This document shows, piece by piece, positions 1 to 9,565 of a stretch of DNA of 64,000 nucleotides. The position numbers were made by a program, and so were the translations under genes. This DNA comes from an uncultured Halomonas sp. (GTDB lineage: Bacteria > Pseudomonadota > Gammaproteobacteria > Pseudomonadales > Halomonadaceae), in assembly GCA_964652855.1 (NCBI GenBank), contig CAZZCJ010000001.1:264916-328915 (forward strand), given 5' to 3'. Within the stretch, counting starts at the first letter, position 1; each line of letters opens with the position of its first letter. A model generated the notes under the pieces. The model saw only the letters and a program-made list of their open reading frames with translations. It made no database searches and was not told the origin of the DNA.

Positions 1-1
1 G

Positions 2-868
2 CGCCTGCGCAGCCGCCTGGCCCGTATCCACACTGCGCGCTACCTGGCCTTTCTCGAAACCATCCATGCGCGCTGGTCCCGGCTTCCGGGGGCTTCCGGC
101 CCGGTGACCCCCAACGTGCATCCCTGTGGCGGTGGGCTCCTCTATCCCGAGCATCCGGTCGGCCAGGCCGGCTGGCACCTGCATGACATGGCATGCCCCA
201 TCGGCGCCGACAGCTTTCGCGGCATCCTGGCCAGCGCGGCCACGGCCCAGGCCGCGGCCGAAGCGCTGCTGGGCGGGCATGGAATCACCTATGCGCTGTG
301 CCGTCCGCCGGGGCACCACGCCGGCCCCGACCGGGCGGGCGGTTCCTGCTTCCTGAACAACTCGGCGTTGGCGGCCACGGTGCTACGCGAGCATTTCTCG
401 CGGGTGGCGATCCTCGACATCGGCCTGCACCATGGCAACGGCACGCAGGATATCTTCTATTATCGCGGCGATGTCTGGACCGGCTCGCTGCACGTCGACC
501 CGCGGGAGTCCTATCCCTACTTCTGGGGCGGGGCTAACGAGGAGGGCATGGGCGAAGGCCTGGGCGCCAACGTCAACCTGCCGCTGCCGTGCGGCAGCGG
601 CGCCGCCGCCTACTTCGACACGCTCGATGCGCTCTCGGCGCGAATGGCGGCCTTTCGTCCCGAGGCGGTGGTCGTGGCGCTGGGGCTGGATGCGCACCGC
701 GACGACCCGCTGGCCGGCATGACCCTGGACACAGACGATTTCCATGCCGTGGGGCGCCGCCTGGCAGCCCTGGGCCTGCCCCTGGTCCTGGTGCAGGAGG
801 GCGGCTACCCAAGCGAGAGCCTCGGGGCCACCCTGACTGCCCTACTGATGGGCCTGTTCGGCGAATGA
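2..868 (+). CDS. Histone deacetylase / acetylpolyamine amidohydrolase family protein (5' end outside window)
   Basis: The frame is open from nt 2 (RLRSRLARIHTARYLAFLE...), upstream of the listed Met at 104. Motifs RPPGHHA, DIGLHHGNGTQDIF and QEGGY are typical of the Zn-dependent deacetylase fold. Confidence 0.85.
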   Translation, partial: RLRSRLARIHTARYLAFLETIHARWSRLPGASGPVTPNVHPCGGGLLYPEHPVGQAGWHLHDMACPIGADSFRGILASAATAQAAAEALLGGHGITYALCRPPGHHAGPDRAGGSCFLNNSALAATVLREHFSRVAILDIGLHHGNGTQDIFYYRGDVWTGSLHVDPRESYPYFWGGANEEGMGEGLGANVNLPLPCGSGAAAYFDTLDALSARMAAFRPEAVVVALGLDAHRDDPLAGMTLDTDDFHAVGRRLAALGLPLVLVQEGGYPSESLGATLTALLMGLFGE

Positions 869-925
869 CCGACCTGGCCCGTGCACTGATGCTGTACCTT
901 CCCACTTGAACGCAGAGGAAAAGAG

Positions 926-1294
926 ATGTCGGTCAACTACTTCGAAAGCAACGCCCGCATGAGCCAGGTCGCCGTGCACAATGGTACCGTCTACCTGGCC
1001 GGCCAGGTGCCGAGCGACCCCAGTGCAGGCATGCGCGGCCAGACCGAGCAGGTGCTGGCTCGCATCGACGAACTGCTGGCCCAGGCCGGTACTTCCAAGG
1101 AGCACCTGATTTCGGCCCAGGTCTGGGTCACCGACATGGCCGAGTTCGACCAGATGAACCTGGCCTGGGAAGCCTGGGTGGTGCCGGGCCGGACACCGGT
1201 ACGTGCCGCGCTGGAGGCCAAGCTGGCCAAGCCGGAATGGAAAGTCGAGATCATGGTGATCGCGGCGCTTCCGCAGGCACCCACCTCGAACTGA
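926..1294 (+). CDS. RidA/YjgF family reactive-intermediate deaminase
   Basis: 122 aa. The N-terminus ...VHNGTVYLAGQVP..., the EQ..VL..ID.LL segment and the size are typical of RidA-family proteins. A GAGGAAAAGAG RBS lies upstream. Confidence 0.8.
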   Translation: MSVNYFESNARMSQVAVHNGTVYLAGQVPSDPSAGMRGQTEQVLARIDELLAQAGTSKEHLISAQVWVTDMAEFDQMNLAWEAWVVPGRTPVRAALEAKLAKPEWKVEIMVIAALPQAPTSN

Positions 1295-1427
1295 TCGGCG
1301 CATTTCGCTCACCACGCACGAACCGGTGCCGCCTGCCGGCGTGGCCCAGTCCGCGTAGCGGGCGTAGGGTCTCGCCTGGTCGGCGGCCTGGCGCAAGGCA
1401 AGCGATCGGAGCAGACGCGGGAGCGAC

Positions 1428-2432
1428 ATGATTCAAGCCTTACTCATCGGAGTGATGCAGGCGCTGGGCGTGCTGGCCATGGCATGGGGGGCGGCGGCAC
1501 TGTGGTTTCGCCTGCCGCTGTCGCAGCGCTGGCGCAAGGCGGCGGTGGCCGGCTGGCTGTTGCTGGCCCTGCTGCTGGTTGTGCTGAGCCTGCAGGGGGT
1601 GAGGTTGGCGCTGCTGGGCCAGGCGTTATTGGTGGCGGGCCTGTTGATCTGGTGGTTTCGCCTGCGCCCCACCCATGATCGCCCCTGGGCCGACGACGTG
1701 GTGCACCTGGCCACCGGCGAGGTCCGGCAAGGCGAGCTGATCCTGCCGTACGTGCGCGCCTTCCGCTGGCACACCCGGGACAAGGCCGACGTGGCCTGGG
1801 AGATGCGGCGCTACGAACTTGCCAAGCTCGACTCGGTCGACCTGATCGTGTCGAGCTGGGGGCGGCCTGGCGTGGCCCATGTCATGGTCTCGTTCGGCTT
1901 CGAGGGGGCCGACTTCGTGGTCTTCTCGGTGGAGGTACGGCGCCTGGGCGGGGAGCGGTTCTCGGAGATCGGCGGCTTCTTCCGCCAGTACGAGATCGCC
2001 ATCATCGCCGCCGACGAGCGTGATGCGGTGGGCCTGCGAACCCATGTGCGCGGGGAGCGAGTCTCGCTGTTCCGCCTGCGAATGCCGCGCAGTGCCATGC
2101 GCTCGCTGCTGCTGGCCTATGTCGAGGAGGCCAACGACCTGGCCGCTTCGCCACGTTTCTACAACACCCTGACCGCCAACTGCACCACGCTGATCTTTGC
2201 CATGGCACGGGGCATTGGCGCCCGCCTGCCGTTCGACTATCGGCTGCTGGTGACCGGCCGGCTCCCCGGGTATGTCTACAAGGTGGGTGGGCTGTGGCCC
2301 GGTTTCACGCTGGCCGAGTTGATGCGCCGCGGCCGGGTCGACGAGCGTGCCCGGCAGGCCGAGCGAGACGAGTGCTTCTCGCAGCGGATACGTCGCGGCG
2401 TGCCGGGATGGAACGACGACCGGCAAGCCTGA
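1428..2432 (+). CDS. DUF4105 (Lnb N-terminal domain-like) membrane protein
   Basis: Three N-terminal hydrophobic helices are followed by a domain with ...AHVMVSFGF..., FRLRM, and YNTLTANCTT near the C-terminus, as in DUF4105 proteins. Confidence 0.7.
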   Translation: MIQALLIGVMQALGVLAMAWGAAALWFRLPLSQRWRKAAVAGWLLLALLLVVLSLQGVRLALLGQALLVAGLLIWWFRLRPTHDRPWADDVVHLATGEVRQGELILPYVRAFRWHTRDKADVAWEMRRYELAKLDSVDLIVSSWGRPGVAHVMVSFGFEGADFVVFSVEVRRLGGERFSEIGGFFRQYEIAIIAADERDAVGLRTHVRGERVSLFRLRMPRSAMRSLLLAYVEEANDLAASPRFYNTLTANCTTLIFAMARGIGARLPFDYRLLVTGRLPGYVYKVGGLWPGFTLAELMRRGRVDERARQAERDECFSQRIRRGVPGWNDDRQA

Positions 2433-2467
2433 AGGCAGGCTGCTTGCCCTGGTGCGGAGCATGCCGC

Positions 2468-2500
2468 AAAGAAAACGCCACGCCGTGGCTCAGCGTGGCG
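2468..2500 (-). terminator. Rho-independent terminator on the minus strand, 188 nt downstream of the trmJ stop
   Basis: Minus-strand reading is CGCCACGC-TGAGCCACG-GCGTGGCG followed by TTTTCTTTG: an 8-bp GC stem plus a T-tract. Confidence 0.6.
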
Positions 2501-2687
2501 ATGACTCCCTAGGCATCGTCCTGATGCCCGACCGTCCCTGGCGAACTTCCCGTTCGCCTGCTTCCGTGTCCCATGATCGACAGTGTCCGTTGCCTTTCCC
2601 TCTCGGGATGGCGTCATGATTTCACCCTGCCGTGACAATGACGTGACGCCCCGATGGCGGCGAGATGAAGGTGACGCCCTTTACAGC

Positions 2688-3416
2688 CTAGTCGCCCGAG
2701 GCGGGCGCTTCCAGTGAGCTGAGCAGCCCGCGCAGCAGCGACAGCTCCTTGCGGCTGGGCTGCGCCCGGGCGAACAGCGCCTGCAGCTGCGCCTCGGTGC
2801 GGGCGTGGGGCTGGGTCAGGAAGCCGCTGCCGTGCATCACCCGGCTCAGGTGCGCCTGGAAATGCGCCAGCTGTTCTCGGGTGGGCGGCTGTTCCGGCGC
2901 CGGACGTGCTGGCATGTGGCCGGAACGCAGGCGCCACGCCTTGAATACCTCGTAGGCGAGCACCTGGACGGCCTGGGAGAGGTTGAGGATGCCATAGTCG
3001 GGGTTGGCCGGAATGCTGGCCTGGTGGCTGCAGAGCCGAATCTCCTCATTGGTCAGCCCCGAGCGCTCACGTCCGAACACCAGCGCCACGGGTGCCTCGG
3101 CGGCGTGCGCGACCAGCGCGGTGGCCATCTGCTCGGGTTCGTCGTAGTGGGGCAGCGGCAGGCTGCGCAGGCGGGCGCTGGCGCCGACCACCTGGACGCA
3201 GTCGGCGACGGCCTGCTCCAGCGAGTCGACCACGCGGGCGGTGTCGACCACGTCTTCCGCGCCCGCCGCCAGGCGCGATGCCTCGTCGTCGGGGAAGCGG
3301 CGCGGGTTGACCAGCACCAGGTCGGTCAGGCCCATGGTCTTCATGGCTCGCGCCGAGGCGCCAATGTTGCCGGGGTGGTAGATCTGGACGAGTACGATGC
3401 GAATGTTGGCGAGCAT
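2688..3416 (-). CDS. trmJ: tRNA (cytidine/uridine-2'-O)-methyltransferase TrmJ
   Basis: The N-terminus MLANIRIVLVQIYHPGNIGASARAMKTMGL matches the SpoU/TrmJ N-terminus as I recall it from E. coli TrmJ. The ATG at 3416 is preferred over the TTG at 3431. Confidence 0.85.
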   Translation of the reverse strand: MLANIRIVLVQIYHPGNIGASARAMKTMGLTDLVLVNPRRFPDDEASRLAAGAEDVVDTARVVDSLEQAVADCVQVVGASARLRSLPLPHYDEPEQMATALVAHAAEAPVALVFGRERSGLTNEEIRLCSHQASIPANPDYGILNLSQAVQVLAYEVFKAWRLRSGHMPARPAPEQPPTREQLAHFQAHLSRVMHGSGFLTQPHARTEAQLQALFARAQPSRKELSLLRGLLSSLEAPASGD

Positions 3417-3455
3417 GGAAGCGGCTGGCAAGTTGGAAAGAGGCGATGTTAGCGC

Positions 3456-3485
3456 AAAAACAAGCCCCGCACGATGGCGGGGCTT
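3456..3485 (-). terminator. groEL rho-independent terminator
   Basis: Minus-strand reading is AAGCCCCGC-CATCGT-GCGGGGCTT followed by GTTTTTGCG, about 40 nt after the groEL stop. Confidence 0.8.
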
Positions 3486-3525
3486 GCTCGGTCCTTCAGG
3501 CCGTAAGGCCTTGGGATGGGGCTGC

Positions 3526-5519
<1,994 letters not shown>

Positions 5520-5669
5520 TGCTCACGTTCTCCTGATGGTCTGTTATGCCATGATGAAGGCATGGCGGTTCACATCACCCTTCCAGCGGGCCGGAAGGTG
5601 GAGGCGAGGACGCCTTCCTTGTCAAAGACGCCGAGAGGTTCTCGGCATCGTAGCCTGGTGCTGACCGTG

Positions 5670-5697
5670 AAATGGGGCCGGGCAAGTTCCTTTCAAG
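5670..5697 (-). promoter_or_regulatory. Sigma32 (heat-shock) promoter of groES-groEL
   Basis: Minus-strand reading is CTTGAAA-N13-CCCCATTT, matching the sigma32 consensus CTTGAAA-N13/14-CCCCATNT, about 150 nt upstream of groES. Confidence 0.85.
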
Positions 5698-5743
5698 GGC
5701 CAGCGATAAAAAATTTTCACGGCCCGGCGCAGCCGCCGAACGC

Positions 5744-6250
5744 CTAGCGGCGCGGCTCGTCACGGCCGATGAAATCGCCTTCAAGGGGATCAGCCGGTTG
5801 GCCTTGCCGATTCTCGTCGTGAGCCTGTGGGCGCTCGCCGGTGGGTTCCCGCTCGGGTGCGGGGCGCGGCCCTTGGCGACGGCCCGCGGCGGCAACCAGC
5901 ACGCGAAGGTGGGCGCCGGCCAGCAACCTGCCCAGCGTGCGGCGGGCGCCGGGCACGATGCACGCCAGGCCGAGCAGGTCGGAAAGAAAGCCGGGGGCGA
6001 GCAGCAGGGCGCCACCGAAGATCAGCGCGGCTCCGGTCAGCAGTTCGCCGGAGGGCAGTTCGCCCTGGCTCATGCGTTGCTTGGCCCGGCTCAGCGCGGC
6101 CGTGCCCTGCCGGCGTATGAGGTGCAGCCCGACGAAACCGGTGGAGAGCAGCAGTGCCAGCGTGACCGGCAGGCCGATGTAGCTGCCGACGGTAAACAGG
6201 ACGACGAAGTCGAGCAGGGTAAACAGCGTGAAGAAAATCAGGATGGGCAT
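5744..6250 (-). CDS. fxsA: FxsA family inner-membrane protein
   Basis: The N-terminus MPILIFFTLFTLLDFVVLFTVGSYIGLPVTLALLL and the motifs GAALIFGGALLLAPGFLSD are typical of FxsA. Confidence 0.8.
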   Translation of the reverse strand: MPILIFFTLFTLLDFVVLFTVGSYIGLPVTLALLLSTGFVGLHLIRRQGTAALSRAKQRMSQGELPSGELLTGAALIFGGALLLAPGFLSDLLGLACIVPGARRTLGRLLAGAHLRVLVAAAGRRQGPRPAPEREPTGERPQAHDENRQGQPADPLEGDFIGRDEPRR

Positions 6251-6517
6251 GGCGACTCCGTCTGGGTAGCTTCCCGCTATGTGGGGGCGGCAGGGCTGAA
6301 ATCAAGCCCAGGCGAAGGCGGCTGGCAATGACGCCGGCCGGCGACTATGCTGCATTGCAAAAAAGGCGGCGTCGGAGCTCAAGTTATGGCATCTTGCCGC
6401 CGATTAACCCTGTGGCCGCAGCCGCGGGAATAAGCGACGTCCAGGGAAGGGCGCATGTCCGAGGCTTGGGGAACGGCCTACGGGCAGAGAACGTAACACC
6501 ACCTCTGGGGACAGTGA

Positions 6518-7279
6518 ATGAAAGTCGAAAAACGTGTAATCGCCATTACCGGTGGGGCCAGGGGCCTCGGCCTTGCCATGGCGCGCCGCCTCGGGCGCCA
6601 GGGCGCCGTCGTGGCCTTGCTGGATACCGATGCCGATGCAATGGACAAGGCGATAACTGCCCTACACAAGGAAAACGTTCGGGCCAGCGCCTTCCACGTC
6701 AACGTGGCGGACGAGGCCTCGGTGCAGCAGGCCTTCGGTGCGGTGGCGGCATCGCTGGGGCCGGTCAGCGGCCTCGTGAACAATGCCGGTATCCTGCGCG
6801 ATGCGCTGCTGGTGAAGGCGAAGGACGGCAAGGTCGAGAAGACCATGTCGCTGGCGCAGTGGCAGGCGGTCATCGACGTCAACCTCACCGGGGTATTCCT
6901 GTGCGGGCGTGAAGCCGCTGCCCAGATGATCGAGGCGGGGCACGACGGGGTGATCGTCAATATCTCCAGCATTTCCCGGGCCGGCAACATGGGGCAGAGC
7001 AACTATGCCGCGGCCAAGGCCGCCGTGGTCGCGCTGACCACCACCTGGGCCAAGGAGCTGGCACGCTACGGTATTCGCGTGGGGGCGGTGGCGCCAGGCT
7101 TCATCGAGACCGACATGACCGCCTCGATGCGCGACGACATGCTGGAGAAGCTGACCGCGGGTGTCCCGCTTCGGCGCCTTGGCGACCCGGACCACATCGC
7201 CCAGAGCGTGGCGTTCATCTTCGAGAACGATTACTACACCGGCCGCGTGATCGAGTGCGACGGCGGCCTGCGCCTGTAG
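6518..7279 (+). CDS. SDR family oxidoreductase (FabG-like)
   Basis: Carries TGGARGLG (TGxxxGxG), NNAG and YAAAKAA (YxxxK) motifs. 253 aa. Confidence 0.85.
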   Translation: MKVEKRVIAITGGARGLGLAMARRLGRQGAVVALLDTDADAMDKAITALHKENVRASAFHVNVADEASVQQAFGAVAASLGPVSGLVNNAGILRDALLVKAKDGKVEKTMSLAQWQAVIDVNLTGVFLCGREAAAQMIEAGHDGVIVNISSISRAGNMGQSNYAAAKAAVVALTTTWAKELARYGIRVGAVAPGFIETDMTASMRDDMLEKLTAGVPLRRLGDPDHIAQSVAFIFENDYYTGRVIECDGGLRL

Positions 7280-7376
7280 GTCGCTTCATGCCCCGGCGGA
7301 CCGAAGGCGTGGCAGGATCGGTTGTCACGGCCTTCTGTTCATGGCCCGTCGATAGGGGGCTGTTGAGACGACGCAT

Positions 7377-7404
7377 GGCGAGGCCGGCATATGCCGGCCT
7401 CGCC
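7377..7404. terminator. Perfect 14-bp palindrome between convergent SDR and comEA genes (bidirectional terminator-type hairpin)
   Basis: GGCGAGGCCGGCAT|ATGCCGGCCTCGCC. There is no clear T-tract on either side. Confidence 0.5.
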
Positions 7405-7422
7405 GTGTCGTAATTGCAGGCT

Positions 7423-7689
7423 TCAGAATGTGATCTGGTCCTTCAGCCGCTCGACGGTCGCCGGGCCTATTCCGCTGACTCGGGTCAGGTCGTCGGCGCT
7501 CTCGTAGTCACCGTTCGCTTCCCGGTCCTCGATGATCGCCTGGGCGCGGCTCGGGCCAATGCCCGGCAGCTCGGTCAGCAGCTCCGCATCGGCGGTATTC
7601 ACGTTGATCGGTGCTAACTCCTGCGCCATGGCCAGCGGTGCGACGCTCAGCATCAGGCCCAGCAAGGCGGCTCGCAAGAAACCCTTCAT
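7423..7689 (-). CDS. comEA: ComEA-family helix-hairpin-helix DNA-binding protein (secreted)
   Basis: Signal peptide MKGFLRAALLGLMLSVAPLAMA, then INVNTADAELLTELPGIGPSRAQAII and SGIGPATVERL HhH motifs. Confidence 0.85.
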   Translation of the reverse strand: MKGFLRAALLGLMLSVAPLAMAQELAPINVNTADAELLTELPGIGPSRAQAIIEDREANGDYESADDLTRVSGIGPATVERLKDQITF

Positions 7690-7880
7690 GGGTCTTCTCC
7701 TTTGTCGTTATCGATGCGGGACACCGGGCGGTGTCCCGATAAAACGCTAATGCAGAACACGCTGAACCAAGCAGAGTCCTGCGGCGACGGGAGACGTAAG
7801 CGTGGGCGCATTCCACGCGCTGAAGCGGTCCTGGCACGCTGTCAGCCAATCGAGCGCAAGCGAGTAAGCGCAGGCCGTGC

Positions 7881-8018
7881 AAGGGGAGGGCGAGCGACGG
7901 CGTGAAGCCAAGGAAAGGCAACACCAAGCTAAGGCAACGCCAAGCTGAGGCAACACCAAGAAACGCCAAGCAAGGGGATGCAAGGGCAAGGGCAAGGGCA
8001 GGAAAAGCACAGCAAGGG
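7881..8018. repeat. Degenerate purine-rich tandem repeat tract (AAGG/CAAGG motifs on + strand)
   Basis: Contains AAGGCAACACCAAGCT / AAGGCAACGCCAAGCT / GAGGCAACACCAAG, then CAAGGGGATG, CAAGGG x3, CAGGAAAAG and CAAGGG. It is intergenic between phhB and comEA. Confidence 0.7.
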
Positions 8019-8028
8019 CGGCGTCGGT

Positions 8029-8052
8029 GCCTGCCGGCGAGCGCCGGCAGGC
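8029..8052. other. 10-bp GC hairpin immediately after the phhB stop codon
   Basis: GCCTGCCGGC-GAGC-GCCGGCAGGC. There is no adjacent T-tract on either strand. Confidence 0.5.
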
Positions 8053-8060
8053 GTGGCCGG

Positions 8061-8402
8061 CTAGGTGTTCGCCACGGCGTCGGTGCGCGCCGCAAGGATG
8101 AAGTCGTTCTTGTGCAGCCCTTTCATCTCATGGGACCACCAGGTCACGGTGACCTTGCCCCACTCCGTCAGCAGGGCGGGATGGTGGCCCGCCTCCTCGG
8201 CAATTTCACCCACGCGGTTGGTGAAGGCCAGCGCCTGCTTGAAGTTGCGGAACGTGAACACGCGCTCGAGCTGCTTGATGCCGTCGCGCTCCTCTATGCT
8301 CCACTCTGGTAGGTCGCGCTTGAGGGTGTCGATCTCCTCCTCGCCGACATGGGGGGCGACCCAGCTGCACGCTTCGCACTGCTGTTCGGAAAGTTGGCTC
8401 AT
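8061..8402 (-). CDS. phhB: 4a-hydroxytetrahydrobiopterin (pterin-4a-carbinolamine) dehydratase
   Basis: 113 aa with the [19 protein letters not shown] motif, downstream of phhA. Confidence 0.9.
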   Translation of the reverse strand: MSQLSEQQCEACSWVAPHVGEEEIDTLKRDLPEWSIEERDGIKQLERVFTFRNFKQALAFTNRVGEIAEEAGHHPALLTEWGKVTVTWWSHEMKGLHKNDFILAARTDAVANT

Positions 8403-8463
8403 GGTGTTTCCTCGTCAGGTTTTATGGGTGTTGGGCGGGGTCGTTCGATGTCGCTCGTTGTGT

Positions 8464-9294
8464 TCAAGCCTTGGCTGCCTTCGGCGCCGGTTCGAAGCGT
8501 GGCTCATGCAACCCCAGCTCCATGGCCCTGTGCACCATGGCCATGATGTCCTGCTGCGATAGGTCGTGCAGGGTCGAAAGATCGTCCAGCACGTAGTAGA
8601 GCGGCTGCAGGATGTCGATGCGATACGGGGTGCGCAGCGCCTCGATGGGGTCGAACGGCAGGTGCTCGGGCGTATCCGACAGCGAATGCAGGGTCTCCTT
8701 GGGCGAGGAGATGATGCCGCCACCATAGATGCGCCGACCGGCGGGGGTGTCCACCAGCCCGAACTCCACCGTCATCCAGTAGAGGCGTGCCAGGTAGACC
8801 CGCGCCTTGGGCTCCGCTTCGAGACCAAGGCGTCCATAGGTGGCGGTGAACTCGGCAAAGGAAGGATTGGTGAGCATGGGGCAGTGGCCGAAGATCTCGT
8901 GGAAGATGTCGGGTTCCTTGAGGTAATCCAGCTCCTCGGGGGTTCGGATGAAGGTGGCCACCGGAAAGCGCCGGTTGGCCAGCAGCTCGAAGAAGGTATT
9001 GAACGGAATGAGTGCGGGGACTTGCGCGGTCTGCCAGCCGGTACTGGCCTGGAGCACGCGGTCGATGTCGGCGAGCTGGGGAATTCTGTCTTCGGGCAGG
9101 GCGAGGCGCTTCAGGCCGTCGAGGTACTCCTGGCAAACGCGTCCCTCGAGCATGCCGAGCTGGCGCTGCATCAGGGTCTGCCAGGTGGCATTGTCCTGCT
9201 CCGGCCAGTCGATGAAGCCGTTGTCGTCGGGCAGGCGTGCACGGTAGCCGGTCTTGCTGGCGACATCGCTCAGATAGCGGTTGGATGACGTCAT
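8464..9294 (-). CDS. phhA: Phenylalanine 4-monooxygenase
   Basis: Carries PDIFHEIFGHCPMLTN (iron-binding His pair) and YWMTVEFGLV. The start is the ATG at 9294, preceded by GGAGA. The longer ORF to 9459 has an atypical N-terminus. Confidence 0.9.
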   Translation of the reverse strand: MTSSNRYLSDVASKTGYRARLPDDNGFIDWPEQDNATWQTLMQRQLGMLEGRVCQEYLDGLKRLALPEDRIPQLADIDRVLQASTGWQTAQVPALIPFNTFFELLANRRFPVATFIRTPEELDYLKEPDIFHEIFGHCPMLTNPSFAEFTATYGRLGLEAEPKARVYLARLYWMTVEFGLVDTPAGRRIYGGGIISSPKETLHSLSDTPEHLPFDPIEALRTPYRIDILQPLYYVLDDLSTLHDLSQQDIMAMVHRAMELGLHEPRFEPAPKAAKA

Positions 9295-9417
9295 GGAGTC
9301 TCCAGGTTGGCTGTCGTCGTTGTGATTGTGTTGGCGAGCCTTTGATCCGAGTGTAGAGGCGCTGGGGCGCGATATTTGGCCGGATCGAGGCGGGCGGAGG
9401 TGGCAGGACGCGTCGGG

Positions 9418-9435
9418 TGTAAAGAATTCGTGACG
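9418..9435. promoter_or_regulatory. Weak TyrR/PhhR-box-like site in the phhA-phhR intergenic region
   Basis: TGTAAAGAATTCGTGACG versus the consensus TGTAAA-N6-TTTACA (9 of 12). Confidence 0.4.
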
Positions 9436-9500
9436 ATTGATGGGGAAGGAGCGTCGCAAAGGGGGAACTCCCGGCTGGCTGCGGTTTGTCTCCCATGGGG

Positions 9501-9518
9501 TGTCACGTTACCTTTACA
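9501..9518. promoter_or_regulatory. TyrR/PhhR-box-like site in the phhA-phhR intergenic region
   Basis: TGTCACGTTACCTTTACA versus TGTAAA-N6-TTTACA (10 of 12), 48 nt upstream of the phhR ATG. Confidence 0.55.
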
Positions 9519-9565
9519 CCAGAGTCACGCCCACTTGACGACCTTTTCCCCCAGAGGCGCCCTCC

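Noticed and set aside
2276-2638. 120-aa minus-strand ORF downstream of trmJ
   Set aside because: It reads through a canonical terminator and into the DUF4105 gene, with atypical composition.
7747-8312. ORFs of 87 aa (minus) and 136 aa (plus) across the AAGG repeat tract
   Set aside because: Their sequence is dictated by the simple repeat (PLPLPL and K/R/G/Q runs). They lack an RBS, and one overlaps phhB.
9295-9420. Search for a sigma54 -24/-12 promoter upstream of phhA
   Set aside because: The best candidate (CGGCCAAATATCGC on the minus strand) has the wrong GG-to-GC spacing, so no promoter was called.
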